Assembly (NCBI GenBank): GCA_950097015.1 | Contig: CATNEN010000039.1 | Coordinates: 18,166,001-18,230,000, forward strand | DNA length: 64,000 bases | Source: Macrostomum hystrix | Lineage: Eukaryota > Animalia > Platyhelminthes | Direction of reading: 5' to 3' | Shown here: in pieces, positions 37,332 to 49,602 of the stretch | Layout: the number at the start of each line of letters is the position of its first letter | How positions within the stretch are numbered: the first letter of the stretch is position 1 | Position numbers and translations under genes: made by a program | The notes under the pieces: generated by a model | Told to the model about the DNA's origin: nothing | The model's database searches: none | Seen by the model: the letters and a program-made list of their open reading frames with translations, nothing else

Positions 37332-37485
37332 CCTCCAATAGGCTCCAGACAATGTGCACAAATTCGCTTTCAACGCCGGCAGCGACATTCGCGACGTTGC
37401 CGCCGCCGACACCGCCGCCGACGCCGCTAGCCAGTGTTGGCAGAGGCAGCAATCGCGGGTCCAGCTTCATGATGACGGAGTTCCT
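37332..37485 (-). CDS. Tentative upstream exon of the neuregulin-like gene
   Basis: GC-rich; ctcacag|AGG...G|gtttgt; RNSVIMKLDPRLLPLP...IVWSLLE. Its phase-1 end fits the Ig exon, but the donor is weak. Confidence 0.5.
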
Positions 37486-38454
37486 CTGTGAGGTTCTGAT
37501 ATCGAAAATTTCTCCAGATTTCATTTGTCAACGCAGACCAATTTGTTGATCAATTAAATGATGATAGAATTTTATTTCCTTAATTTTTTTGCTTCTTTCC
37601 TACAAAACAAGCCGCTGCGTTTCGTATTTCAAGGCCGACGCCTCCTTTCCCCCGGCCCTACAAAAGAAAGTTTTTTTTCCCAACAATCTTCAGGCAAGCG
37701 GTTGGATGAGGGAATGAAAGTCTCCATCGGAATCATAACCAATGGAGACTTACTGAGGCGTCATCCCAATTTCTCTCCCTTCCCTTTACCCTCCCCATCT
37801 TCGCTCCCCTTTCTCCCAAAAACGCCGCCCCGTCTCTCTCTCTCTGTCTGCAGGCATTTCTGCCTTCTCTGGGCCTGTCAGCGGGTAAAGCCGGCATAGT
37901 CCAGTCGCCATCCAATATATCGAAAGCTTCAACTGACTAGAAAAATGAAGAATAAAAAAAGCTGACGGCTCACAAACTCCGTTAGGGCGGGGGGGATATT
38001 TTTCCCAGCACTCTGAGGTGCTCAGCTGGCATTCTTCTCTTGTCCGCTACCGTGGATTGGCATATCATTGGCTCCTTTTATAGCAATATAGGGAGAAAAG
38101 GGGTGTGGGTCCGATATGTCTATAATGGTTGGAAATTTACTGACCAAACTGTCCTGAATGCATTCTAGGCGTGAAAGGATACAGGGGGAGGGTAATACGC
38201 TAGCTCTGCCTCTGCGGGAGCAATCATATTTGAAAGCTGAAAGTGAAACAAAAAATAAACAGACAACTTGAATGCGTTCTAACTTTAGAGAGAGGGGAGA
38301 AAGACTAATGAGAGACCAGGGGGGAAAAGACGGAGGGGAGAAAGAGGGAGGGGAAAAATAGAAAGGGGAGAAACACTAGTGAGATGGAAAAAGGTAGGCG
38401 AAATGTGTGACAAAAGACAAAGACAAAGGGGACAAAAAATTATAAGAAAGACAG

Positions 38455-39235
38455 ATTGGAGAAAGACAAAGGGGAAGAAAGACAAAGGGGGAGAAAGACA
38501 AAGGGGGAGAAAGACAATGGGGGAGAAAGACAAAGGGGAAGAAAGACAAAGGGGGAGAAAGACAATGGGTAAGAAAGACAATGGGGGAGAAAGACAAAGG
38601 GGAAGAAAGGCAATGGGGGAGAAAGACAATGGGTAAGAAAGGCAAAGGGGAAGAAAGACAAAGGGGGAGAAAGACAATGGGTAAGAAAGGCAAAGGGGAA
38701 GAAAGACAAAGGGGGAGAAAGACAATGGGTAAGAAAGGCAATGAGGGAGAAAGACAATGGGTAAGAAAGACAAAGGGGAAGAAAGACAAAGGGGAAGAAA
38801 GGCAATGGGGGAGAAAGACAATGGGTAAGAAAGACAAAGGGGGAGAAAGACAAAGGAGGAGAAAGACAAAGGAGGAGAAAGACAATGGGTAAGAAAGACA
38901 AAGAGGGAGAAAGACAATGGGTAAGAAAGACAAAGGGGAAGAAAGACAAAGGGGAAGAAAGACAAAGGGGGAGAAAGACAATGGGTAAGAAAGACAATGG
39001 GGGAGAAAGACAAAGGGGAAGAAAGACAAAGGGGGAGAAAGACAATGGGTAAGAAAGACAATGGGGGAGAAAGACAAAGGGGAAGAAAGACAAAGGGGAA
39101 GAAAGACAATGGGTAAGAAAGACAATGGGGGAGAAAGACAATGGGTAAGAAAGACAAAGGGGGAGAAAGACAATGGGTAAGAAAGACAATGGGTTAGAAA
39201 GACAAAGGGGAGAAACACAAAGAGGAGAAAGATGG
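38455..39235. repeat. Purine-rich 16-bp minisatellite
   Basis: GAAAGACAAAGGGGGA / GAAAGACAATGGGTAA units. Confidence 0.94.
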
Positions 39236-39674
39236 GGGCAGAGTGATAGGTAGAAAGATGGAAGGCAGTAGCTTGCTGTATGATGGCACTGGTCCATGCC
39301 TGCAAAGCTTTTTATTAATCTTTAGACCTCTCAAGAGAAAGGAAACCGGATGATGTATTATGAAGTGTTGTGATTAAGTGATGCACTGCAATCATATGCT
39401 CATTTCTATATTCAATATCCACCCAGGGGCATTGGGGGTGAGAGTGTAGGCTGCATGAGCACAGCCTCTGATTAAATTGAATATAAAAAAAATTTAAGCA
39501 CATTAAACGTTAATAATTTAGTCAAACTTATAAAGAAATAAAAAACGAAATATTTTGTTCACTCTACTGTTCTAAGTAGAAAGGTGCGAAAGAATTTGCT
39601 CTTTTTGGTGAATTACGAGCGTAGTTTGAGCACTTACAGGCTTTATCTTGTCCTAGAAAAGATTTACTTGTTGC

Positions 39675-40440
39675 AGGACAAGATAAACTACGGGAAGGAC
39701 AAGATAAATTTGCTGAAGGACAAGATGAGCTAACTTCAGAAAAAGATAAACTCATTGTAGGACAATATAAAATCAATGAAAAACAAGATAAACTCATTGA
39801 AAAAAACAAGATAAACTCACTGAAAGAGAAGATAAACTCACTGAAAAACAAGATAAACTCACTGAATGACAAGATAAACTCACTGAAAGACAAGATAAAC
39901 TCACTGAAAGACAAGATAAACTCACTGAAAGACAAGATAAACTCACTGAAAGACAAGATAAACTCACTGAAAGACAAGATAAACTCACTGAAAGACAAGA
40001 TAAACTCACTGAAAAACAAGATAAACTCACTGAATGACAAGATAAACTCACTGAAAGACAAGATAAACTCACTGAAAGACAAGATAAACTCACTGAAAGA
40101 CAAGATAAACTCACTGAAAGACAAGATAAACTCACTGAAAGACAAGATAAACTCACTGAAAGACAAGATAAACTCACTGAAAGACAAGATAAACTCACTG
40201 AAAGACAAGATAAACTCACTAAATGACAAGATAAACTCATTGATTGGACAAGATAAACTCATTCATGGACAAGATAAACTCATTGATGGACAAGATAAAC
40301 TCATTCATGGACAAGATAAACTCATTCATGGACAAGATAAACTCACTGAAGGACTACGAGCTAGATAAACTCACTGAAAGAGAAAATAAACTCACTGAAG
40401 GACAAGAGAAACTCACTATAGGGCAAGAGAAACTCATTGA
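39675..40440. repeat. 21-bp minisatellite with degenerate flanks
   Basis: Unit CAAGATAAACTCACTGAAAGA. Confidence 0.96.
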
Positions 40441-40929
40441 ATTTCCAGTTTATATAATTTAACCAAAATTAAAATGGCTCGTAAGTTCATGTCCCTAAAT
40501 GTCCCAGGTTTAATGTTCTGTTCTGTTCTGCATTTCTAATGAACTGAATATATGCATTCACAATTACTAGCAAGCGTGCAACACTAACATATTATGAGCT
40601 GTCTAAAATAGGAAAATTTGCAGCTTCGTTGGACAGAACAAAATCAACTTCGTCACACAAATTTCAGTGACAATGGCACCAGCTTTGCCTAATTAGCTGG
40701 TTGTTGCTATCGCTCGACTAGAGAATGTAGAAAAATAACTATGAATCAAATGATGTGGTGGAGAAACTGCGGTTTACAATATAACGAGTTGAACAATAAT
40801 ACCGAATTAGAATGAACAAGTCCCGAAATGTACCCTGTAACCTCTAACAATGTGAATCCATTTCTTACCTGTGTGGAGCACTAATGAGACTGTTAGTTGT
40901 GTATTTATCAACCTAGATCCTTGCCAACC

Positions 40930-41940
40930 AGAATCCGTATCTAACACAATCCTTATCTAAAAGGATCTGTATCTAACACTATCCGGATCTATCATGATCT
41001 GTATCTAACACTATCCGGATCTAACATGATCTGTATCTAACAGGATCTGTATCTAACAGGATCCGTATCTGACAGGATCCGTATCTAACAGGATCCGTAT
41101 CTAATAGGATCCGTATCTAACAGGATCCGTATCTAACATGATCTGTATCTAACAGGATCTGTATCTAACAGGATCCGTATCTGACAGGATCCGTATCTAA
41201 CAGGATCCGTATCTAATAGGATCCGTATCTAACAGGATCCGTATTTAACATGATCTGTATCTAACAGGATGTGAATCTAACGGGATCTGTATCTAACAGG
41301 ATCTGTATCTAACATGATCCGTATCTAACAGAATCTGTATCTTACAGGATCAGAATCTAACAGGATCCGTATCTAACAAGAACTGTATCTAACAGGATCT
41401 GAATCTAACAGGATCTGTATCTAACATGATCCGTATCTAACAGGATCTGTATCTAACATGATCCATATCTAACATGATCCGTATCTAACATGATCCGTAT
41501 CTAACAGGATCCGTATCTAACAGGATCCGTATCTAACATGATCCGTATCTAACATGATCCGTATCTAACAAGATCGGTATCTAACAGGATCCGTATCTAA
41601 CAGGATCCGTATCTGACAGGATCCGTATCTAACATGATCCGTATCTAACAAGATCGGTATCTAACATGATCCGTATCTAAGAGGATCCGTATCTAACATG
41701 ATCCGTATCTAACAGGATCCGTATCTAACAGTATCCGTATCTAACAAGATCGGTATCTAACAGGATCCGTATCTAACAGGATCCGTATCTGACAGGATCC
41801 GTATCTAACATGATCCGTATCTAACAAGATCGGTATCTAACATGATCCGTATCTAAGAGGATCCGTATCTAACATGATCTGTATCTAACAGGATCCGTAT
41901 ATTACAGGATCCATATCTAACAGGATCCGTATCTAACAGT
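40930..41940. repeat. 16-bp minisatellite
   Basis: Unit GTATCTAACAGGATCC. Confidence 0.96.
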
Positions 41941-42507
41941 CTAAGATAAAAAAATAATGCACTTCGTATTAAATCAAAACGTGTTGAATGGTTTCTAAAA
42001 CTAGAGCAATCTTCGCATTTTCCTCAATATTCCGGACAGATATCGTGCTTCCGTAGATTAAGAAACTCCTTAATCCAATAAGTAAGTGCCAAATTGGCAG
42101 CTAATTCTTTAATAATCCCGAAGAGCAAAACACTGGCACTCCATAATAGTGAGAAGTTTTGCTTAAAATCGGCCTCCAAAATTGTTTTTCCTCCTTTAGA
42201 AGAGAATTAGTCTCTGCGAGGGCGTGCGGCTGCAACTAATTGCGTCCCGGAACAGCGAGAGATCCCATTTAACACCCTAGCTAATTATTCAACAGCTTTA
42301 GAAACAAAAACTCACAACAGGATGAGCCGCTAATCCTGTTCGGTTAATGAACTTTCTCCACCCTCTGCCAATCTCACACAGCTTTTAGCTTCCGTGTCTT
42401 CCAACACATCGCCAAACTCTTGTGTTCTCGGATGAAATAATACATCTGATCCACACACTCCGCCTCACCGGCTTGCACATCTCACATTGGTCTCACATTC
42501 TCTGGGG

Positions 42508-43712
42508 ACTCTCTCACTGTCTCACTGTCTCACTCTCTCACTGTCTCACTCTCTCACTGTCTCACTGTCTCACTGTCTCACTCTCTCACTGTCTCACTCT
42601 CTCACTGTCTCACTCTCTCACTGTCTCACTCTCTCACTGTCTCACTCTCTCACTGTCTCACTCTCTCACTGTCTCACTCTCTCACTGTCTCACTGTCTCA
42701 CTGTCTCACTCTCTCACTGTCTCACTCTCTCACTGTCTCACTGTCTCACTGTCTCACTCTCTCACTGTCTCACTCTCTCACTCTCTCGCTGTCTCACTGT
42801 CTCACTGTCTCACTCTCTCGCTGTCTTGCTGTCTCAATCTTTCACTGTCTCACTGTCTCACTCTCTCACTGTCTCACTGTCTCACTCTCTCACTGTCTCA
42901 CTCTCTCACTCTCTCGCTGTCTCACTGTCTCACTGTCTCACTCTCTCGCTGTCTTGCTGTCTCAATCTTTCACTGTCTCACTGTCTCACTCTCTCACTGT
43001 CTCACTGTCTCACTCTCTCACTGTCTCACTGTCTCACTCTCTCACTGTCTCACTGTCTCACTGTCTCACTGTCTCACTGTCTCACTGTCTCACTGTCTCA
43101 CTGTCTCACTGTCTCACTGTCTCACTGTCTCACTGTCTCACTGTCTCACTCTCTCACTGTCTCACTGTCTCACTGTCTCACTGTCGCACTGTCTCACTCT
43201 CTCACTGTCTCACTCTCTCACTGTCTCACTGTCTCACTGTCTCACTCTCTCACTCTCTCACTGTCTCACTCTCTCACTGTCTCACTGTCTCACTGTCTCA
43301 CTGTCGCACTGTCTCACTCTCTCACTGTCTCACTCTCTCACTGTCTCACTGTCTCACTGTCTCACTCTCCCACTCTCTCACTGTCTCACTGTCTCACTGT
43401 CTCACTGTCTCACTCTCTCACTGTCTCACTGTCTCACTCTCTCACTGTCTCACTGTCTCACTGTTTCACTGTCTCACTCTCTCACTGTCTCACTGTCTCA
43501 CTGTCTCACTCTCTCACTGTCTCACTGTCTCACAGTCTCACTGTCTCACTGTCTCACTCTCTCACTCTCTCACTCTCTCACTGTCTCACTCTCTCACTGT
43601 CTCACTGTGTCACTGTCTCACTCTCTTACTGTCTCACTGTCTCACTGTCTCACTCTCTCACTGTCTCACTGTCTCACTGTCTCACTGTCTCACTGTCTCA
43701 CTGTCTCACTCT
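42508..43712. repeat. 8-bp tandem repeat
   Basis: CTCACTGT / CTCACTCT units. Confidence 0.97.
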
Positions 43713-44062
43713 ATCGCTCTATTTTACTCCTACTGTATAAGTCTCACACTCTCTTATACTGAAAATTCTGTCCAGTATTATTATTATTATTATTGTTATT
43801 ATTACTAGTATTTTCATTTCTGAAAGAGGAAGAATTGAGAATGTAATACACTAGAGGGTGTTTAGGGACATTATTGTAATATTTTTTACATTTTCGTAAC
43901 GCCAAATCAAGTATCCCATATTATTCAATTAATATTTGTGTTACATAGATGCTAATTGATTCAATAATCAATTCAAACACTTAAACGTACCCAACTTAAC
44001 TACATAAATATGAGTAGTTATGAGTTAGACTAAAAATAGATTACATTGACAGTTAAACTCAC

Positions 44063-44161
44063 CCAGGACATAATTGACCTCAAGCTCAATAGCGTAACGA
44101 CTCACAGACAGTGAGGAGTCTTCACCAGTCGAAAAACTGGCCGCCGCCTCACATCGTTCAA
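44063..44161 (-). CDS. Tentative upstream exon of the neuregulin-like gene
   Basis: gctag|...; VERCEAAASFSTGEDSSLSVSRYAIELEVNYVL. Two gtgagt donors: internal phase 0 at 44104 and distal phase 1 at 44062. Confidence 0.5.
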
Positions 44162-44466
44162 CTAGCCTAGTTAGTGAGGCCGCTAATAGTATAGCCAACA
44201 TTGTGTTTCCGTTTTATATATTTCAAATTGTTTGTCTAACGCGGAGAAACATGCTAATATACGAAATGTCTTGATTTCTGTCTATAAAAACTTGGACACT
44301 AGTTTTTTTGCAAACTATTGGATAGGGTTGGTTGATGGCAATGTCGCTTGTGATTGGCTAGGAGAATATTTATACTAACGTTGATCTGACATCTGACAAT
44401 CTATAATCTATATTATATTTTATCTCTTGCGTTAGGGCACGCTAGGGTCTTTTTCCTCTATTATAT

Positions 44467-45122
44467 CAGTCACTTTTAAACTCATTCACTCTTAAACTCA
44501 GTCACTCTCAAATCTCAGTCACTCTCAGATCTCAGTCACTCTCAGATCTCAGTCACTCTCAGATCTCAGCCACTGTCAGATCTCAATCACTCTCAGATCT
44601 CAGTCACTCTCAGATCTCAGTCACTCTCAAATCTCAGTCACTCTCAGATCTCAGTCACTCTCAAATCTCAGTCACTCTCAGATCTCAGTCACTCTCAGAT
44701 CTCAGTCACTCTCAAATCTCAGTCACTCTCAGATCTCAGTCACTCTCAGATCTCAGTCACTCTCAGATCTCAGTCACTCTCAGATCTCAGTCACTCTCAG
44801 ATCTCAGTCACTCTCAGATCTCAGTCACTCTCAGATCTCAGTCACTCTCAGATCTCAGTCACTCTCAGATCTCAGTCACTCTCAGATCTCAGTCACTCTC
44901 AGATCTCAGTCACTCTCAGATCTCAGTCACTCTCAGATCTCAGTCACTCTCAGATCTCAGTCCCTCTCAGATCTCAGTCACTCTCAGATCTCAGTCACTC
45001 TCAGATCTCAGTCACTCTCAGATCTCAGTCCCTCTCAGATCTCAGTCACTCCTAGATCTCAGTCGCTCTCAGATCTCAGGCACTCTCAGATCTCAGTCAC
45101 TCTCAGATCTCAGTCGCTCTCA
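44467..45122. repeat. 17-bp minisatellite
   Basis: Unit ACTCTCAGATCTCAGTC. Confidence 0.97.
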
Positions 45123-45600
45123 TTTCATTTTTTGCTGATTTTGTCTTCTTCTGTGCTATCTAGGAAATTCTTTGGCTTCGATCACAGAATGCGAAGCGAG
45201 ACAACCGGCCCTTCACCCGTCATCATGTTTACACTGCTTGAGATTTTCCGCCGCATTCATTCTTCATTATCAGCCCGACTGTGTAATGTTGCTTTTTTAC
45301 TTATCGCGTATAAATTTGCCATTCTCTCGGAGGCTGACAAAGGGTGCGAGAGAAGTGCTCCATCATCTCGCTTCGTTCGCTTGGACCAAGTTGGGAGAGG
45401 CTAACGGGAGAGATAAGGGGGAAATATGGGAGGAGAGTCTGATGGGGATCGAGTGATTGGAGAAATTTCCCGAGCATGATGCTGGGAAGTGAGAGAGTCA
45501 GCTTTGCCCGGCAGTTGTGATTTAGGCCTGGTCACAATATCTCTTCTAGGAGGCGATAACTTTCTGCTTCTGGATGATCGGTTGCTAACTAAGCTTCTAA

Positions 45601-45744
45601 GGAGTTGCAGCCTGGTGGCTAGAGCGTCAAACTTGCGACTTGAAGGTCGGGGGTTCGATTCCAGACTCCACAGGAAAATCCTTGTGTTCTTTAGCAAGAC
45701 GCTTAACTCTGCATTGCTTCATTTCACCCAGCTGTTAAATGGGT
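45601..45744 (+). mobile_element. tRNA-derived SINE with CORE(MIR)-like domain, family B
   Basis: tRNA-like head with B-box GGTTCGATTCC, then TGTGTTCTTTAGCAAGACGCTTAAC...CTGTTAAATGGG resembling the CORE-SINE domain. Confidence 0.7.
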
Positions 45745-48120
45745 CTAACAGGTTGCCATCGTGTCTAACAGGTTTGCATCGTGTCTAACAGGTTTCCAAT
45801 CGTGTCTAACAGGTTGCCAATCGTGTCTAGCAGGTTGGCATCATTTCTAACAGGTTGCCATCGTGTCTAACAGGTTTGCATCGTGTCTAACAGGTTGCCA
45901 TTTGTGTCTAACAGGTATTCATCGTGTCTAACAGGTTACTATTCGTGTCTAACAGGTTAGCGTCATGTCTAACAGCTTGCTAATATGTCTAGCAGGTTGG
46001 CATCGTGTCTAACAGGTTGGCATCGTGTCTAACAGGTATTCATCGTGTCTAACAGGTTACTATTCGTGTCTAACAGGTTAGCGTCATGTCTAACAGCTTG
46101 CTAATATGTCTAGCAGGTTGGCATCGTGTCTAACAGGTTGGTATTGTGTCTTACAGGTTGATATCGTTTCTAACAGGTTGGTATCGTGTCTAACAGGTTT
46201 TCATCGTGTCTAACATTTTACTATTTATGTCTAAAGGCTGGCATATTGTCTAACAGGTTCTAACAGGTTTGCGTCGTGTCTAACAGGGGACCATCATGTC
46301 TAACAGGTTGGCATCATGTCTAACAGGTTTTCATCGTGTCTAACAGGTTACTATTCATGTCTAACAGGTTGGCATGAATTCTAACAGGTCGCCATTTGTG
46401 TCTAACAGGTTTTCATCGTGTCTAACAGGTTGGCATTATGTCTAACAGGTTGGCATCGTCTCTTACAGGTTGCCAATCGTGTCTAACAGGTTGGCATCGT
46501 GTCTAACAGGTTGCCATCGTGTCTAACAGGTTGGCATCGTGTCTAACAGGTTGGCATCGTGTCTAACAGGTTGGCATCGTGTCTAACAGGTTGCCATTTG
46601 TTTCTAACAGGTCGCAATCGTGTCTAACAGGTTGGCATTGTGTCTAACAGGTTGCCATCGTGTCTAACAGGTTGGCATCGTGTCTAACAGGTTGGCATCG
46701 TGTCTAACAGGTTGGCATCGTGTCTAACAGGTTGCCATTTGTGTCTAACAGGTCGCAATCGTGTCTAACAGGTTACTATTCATGTCTAACAGGTTGCCAT
46801 TTGTGTCTAACAGGTCGCAATCGTGTCTAACAGGTTGGCATGAATTCTAACAGGTTGTCATCGTGTCTAACAGGTTGGCATCGTGTCTAACAGGTTTGCG
46901 TCGTGTCTAACAGTAGTTTACTTGTGTCTAACAGGTTACCATCATGTCTAACAGGGGACCATCATGTCTCACAGGTTGGCATCGTGTCTAACAGGTTCTA
47001 AATCGAGTTTTACAACTAATCCACCTAGCTATATGTAATGTACATCATAGTTATTGCTGCTTAACTTACAATATTTATATTGACAAAAAAGGACAAAACA
47101 GTCTTACTACACTACTAAGAAGAGTAGCGAAGAAAAATCGTACATTACAACAAAGCTAGCAAATGATTGCCTGATTAAAAAGATATTTGATTGTCAATCA
47201 TGTAGGACGCCAATATAAAGTTGTGTCTCTATTCTATAAAGTAATTCATTGCGCGATTCTAAATGACTTGGTCAAACGCCTAAAATATTAACTTCTGGCC
47301 AGGCTCCAGAATGTCTGTCTCTTGATGCTTGATTTGTAACAAGTCTCATATTTCTCATATTTCTAAATATCGCACAGAGTCACTGAGTCACAGAGTCACT
47401 GTCTTGGCCAACTGAAAGCAAATAGTAATAGCTATCACCTGACTCCACATGTATTCTGTACTTTTCTTGACTCGTTTAGATTAGAGATTAAAATGCGAGT
47501 TGAAAATTTCAAATTTAACAGTAGCAACCGACGATGCGAACAATGAGAACCTGTGTCAAACTGTTAGACACAATTACTAACTGTTAGACACAATTACTAA
47601 CTGTTAGACACCATTACTAACTATCAGACACTAATAGCAACTGTTAGAAATAAATAATAACATGTTAGACACTAAAAACAACCTGTTAGACACTAATAAC
47701 AACCTGTTAGACACTATTTACAACCTGTTAGATACTAATAACAACCTGTTAGACAACCTTCCTAACTGTTAGACACGATACCAAACTGTTAGAAACGATG
47801 CTAACCTGTTAGACACGCGAGCATACAAACCTGCCAGACAAGATTCTAACCTGTTAGACACCATGCCAACCTGTTAGACACCATGCCAATCTGTTAGACA
47901 CCATCCCAACCTGTTAGACATGATACCAACCTGTTAGACACCATGCCGACCTGTTAGACACCATTCCGACCTGTTAGACACCATGCCGACCTGTTAGACA
48001 CCATCCCAACCTGTTAGACACGATACCAACCTGTTAGACACCATCCCAACCTGTTAGACACCATCCCAACCTGTTAGACACGATACCAACCTGTTAGACA
48101 CCATGCCAACCTGTTAGACA
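45742..48120. repeat. Large inverted repeat built from 20-bp tandem units (foldback-like)
   Basis: Left arm about 45742-46997 (GTCTAACAGGTTGGCATCGT)n; right arm about 47560-48120 (CTGTTAGACACCATGCCAAC)n, its reverse complement; about 560-bp AT-rich spacer. Confidence 0.9.
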
Positions 48121-48664
48121 TAATCGGTTTGACAGTATCTAACTTAAAATCACATAAGCTTCACAAAAGATCAAATAGTTCTGCCTATGGTCTATTGGGA
48201 AAATAAGTTACAGTTACAATCAGCGGTCCATTTTTCAGCCCTCAATAATCCATTAGGACTTGATCGATTTTTTTGTTTCATTCACTAAAATCTTCACCCT
48301 AAGGTTACGCTAGATAAAGGTAATCTGACCCATTGTTAATCGATGCGCCATAATAGTGAGTATTCGATCGAAGACAATACGATAGCATAGAAAAGGCTGC
48401 GCCTTGACTGGCGAAAATGCACTACAAATGAGGCACTGAAAAGTTGCTTTGAATAGAAAAAGAAAATTGTTTGCACTTTTAGAAGCTGGCTTTTGCGAAA
48501 ATATGTATCCAAGCAAAACTGTTTAGAGATCTCCATTCCGATCTCTATTCTCAAATCCCAATATCTTTTGGGATATTCTAACCTCTATCCACCCACTACA
48601 ATCTATATTATCAAATTAAAATAATTACTAATACGAGCGTACTATTCCGATTGGAATTCCTACT

Positions 48665-49181
48665 CCAATCCCAATCCCTGATTTCAGAATCCCAATCCCT
48701 GATTTCAGAATCCCAATCCCTGATTTCAGAATCCCATTCCCTGATTTCAGAATCCCATTCCCTGATTTCAGAATCCCAATCTCTGTTTTCAGAATCCCAA
48801 TCCCTGATTTCAGAATCCCAATCTCTAATTTCTAAATCCCAATCCCTGATTTCAGAATTCCAATCTCTGATTTCAGAATCTCAATCTCTGATTTCAGAAT
48901 TCCAATCTCTGATTTCAGAATCTCAATCTCTGATTTCAGAATCCCAATCCCTGATTTCAGAATCCCAATCTCTGATTTCAGAATTCCAATCTCTGATTTC
49001 AGAATCCCAATCTCTGATTTCTAAATCCCATTCCCAGATTTCAGAATCCCAATCTCTGATTTCAGAATCCCATTCCCTGATTGTAGAATCCAATCTCTAG
49101 TTTTAGAATCTCAATCCTCAATTTTCGAATCCCAAGCCTTAACATTAGAATCCTAATTTCTAATTTTAGAATTCCAATCCC
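48665..49181. repeat. 21-bp minisatellite
   Basis: Unit AATCCCAATCCCTGATTTCAG. Confidence 0.95.
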
Positions 49182-49193
49182 GAGCCAACTTGC

Positions 49194-49321
49194 CGATCTC
49201 CACAGTGACATCCGCAATCCGCAGCTCAACCTGCTGCTCCTGCCAGCTTGAGCCAGTAGCCAGCAGAGCGAGCTCGGACCGTCCGAGTTTCGTTTCCGCC
49301 GATGACGTCATTGCCGTTATC
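49194..49321 (-). CDS. Tentative upstream exon of the neuregulin-like gene
   Basis: GC-rich island; acccag|...G|gcaagt (GC donor); ITAMTSSAETKLGRSELALLATGSSWQEQQVELRIADVTVEI. Confidence 0.5.
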
Positions 49322-49602
49322 CTGGGTGTAAATTTGTTTTAAAAACTCTCCGACTATCCCCTGTTATGAAACTTTGCTCACAATGGCACCCGGATAAAAT
49401 GATAGATAGAATACATTCTCCCAGCTCAGTGTGTTTCATCCGTTCATTCTGTTTTCACTTCTGATTGGCTGGGAGGGCTAGCTCATTGTTTGGCTGTGAT
49501 CAGTACTGAACTCCAACCATTCTTTTGCGATGCGTTCAATACAATTTAGGACAGCCAAGTGTAGCTATTTTCAGAACTATTTGAAGAGGCTTGAGATGCT
49601 CA

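Noticed and set aside
32385-43808. Lys-rich, Ser/Leu-rich and SLSHCLTV-type ORFs
   Set aside because: All coincide with micro- or minisatellites in introns of the minus-strand gene.
45601-45672. Possible tRNA gene
   Set aside because: T-stem and acceptor stem pair poorly and the sequence continues into a CORE-like domain, so it is treated as a SINE head.
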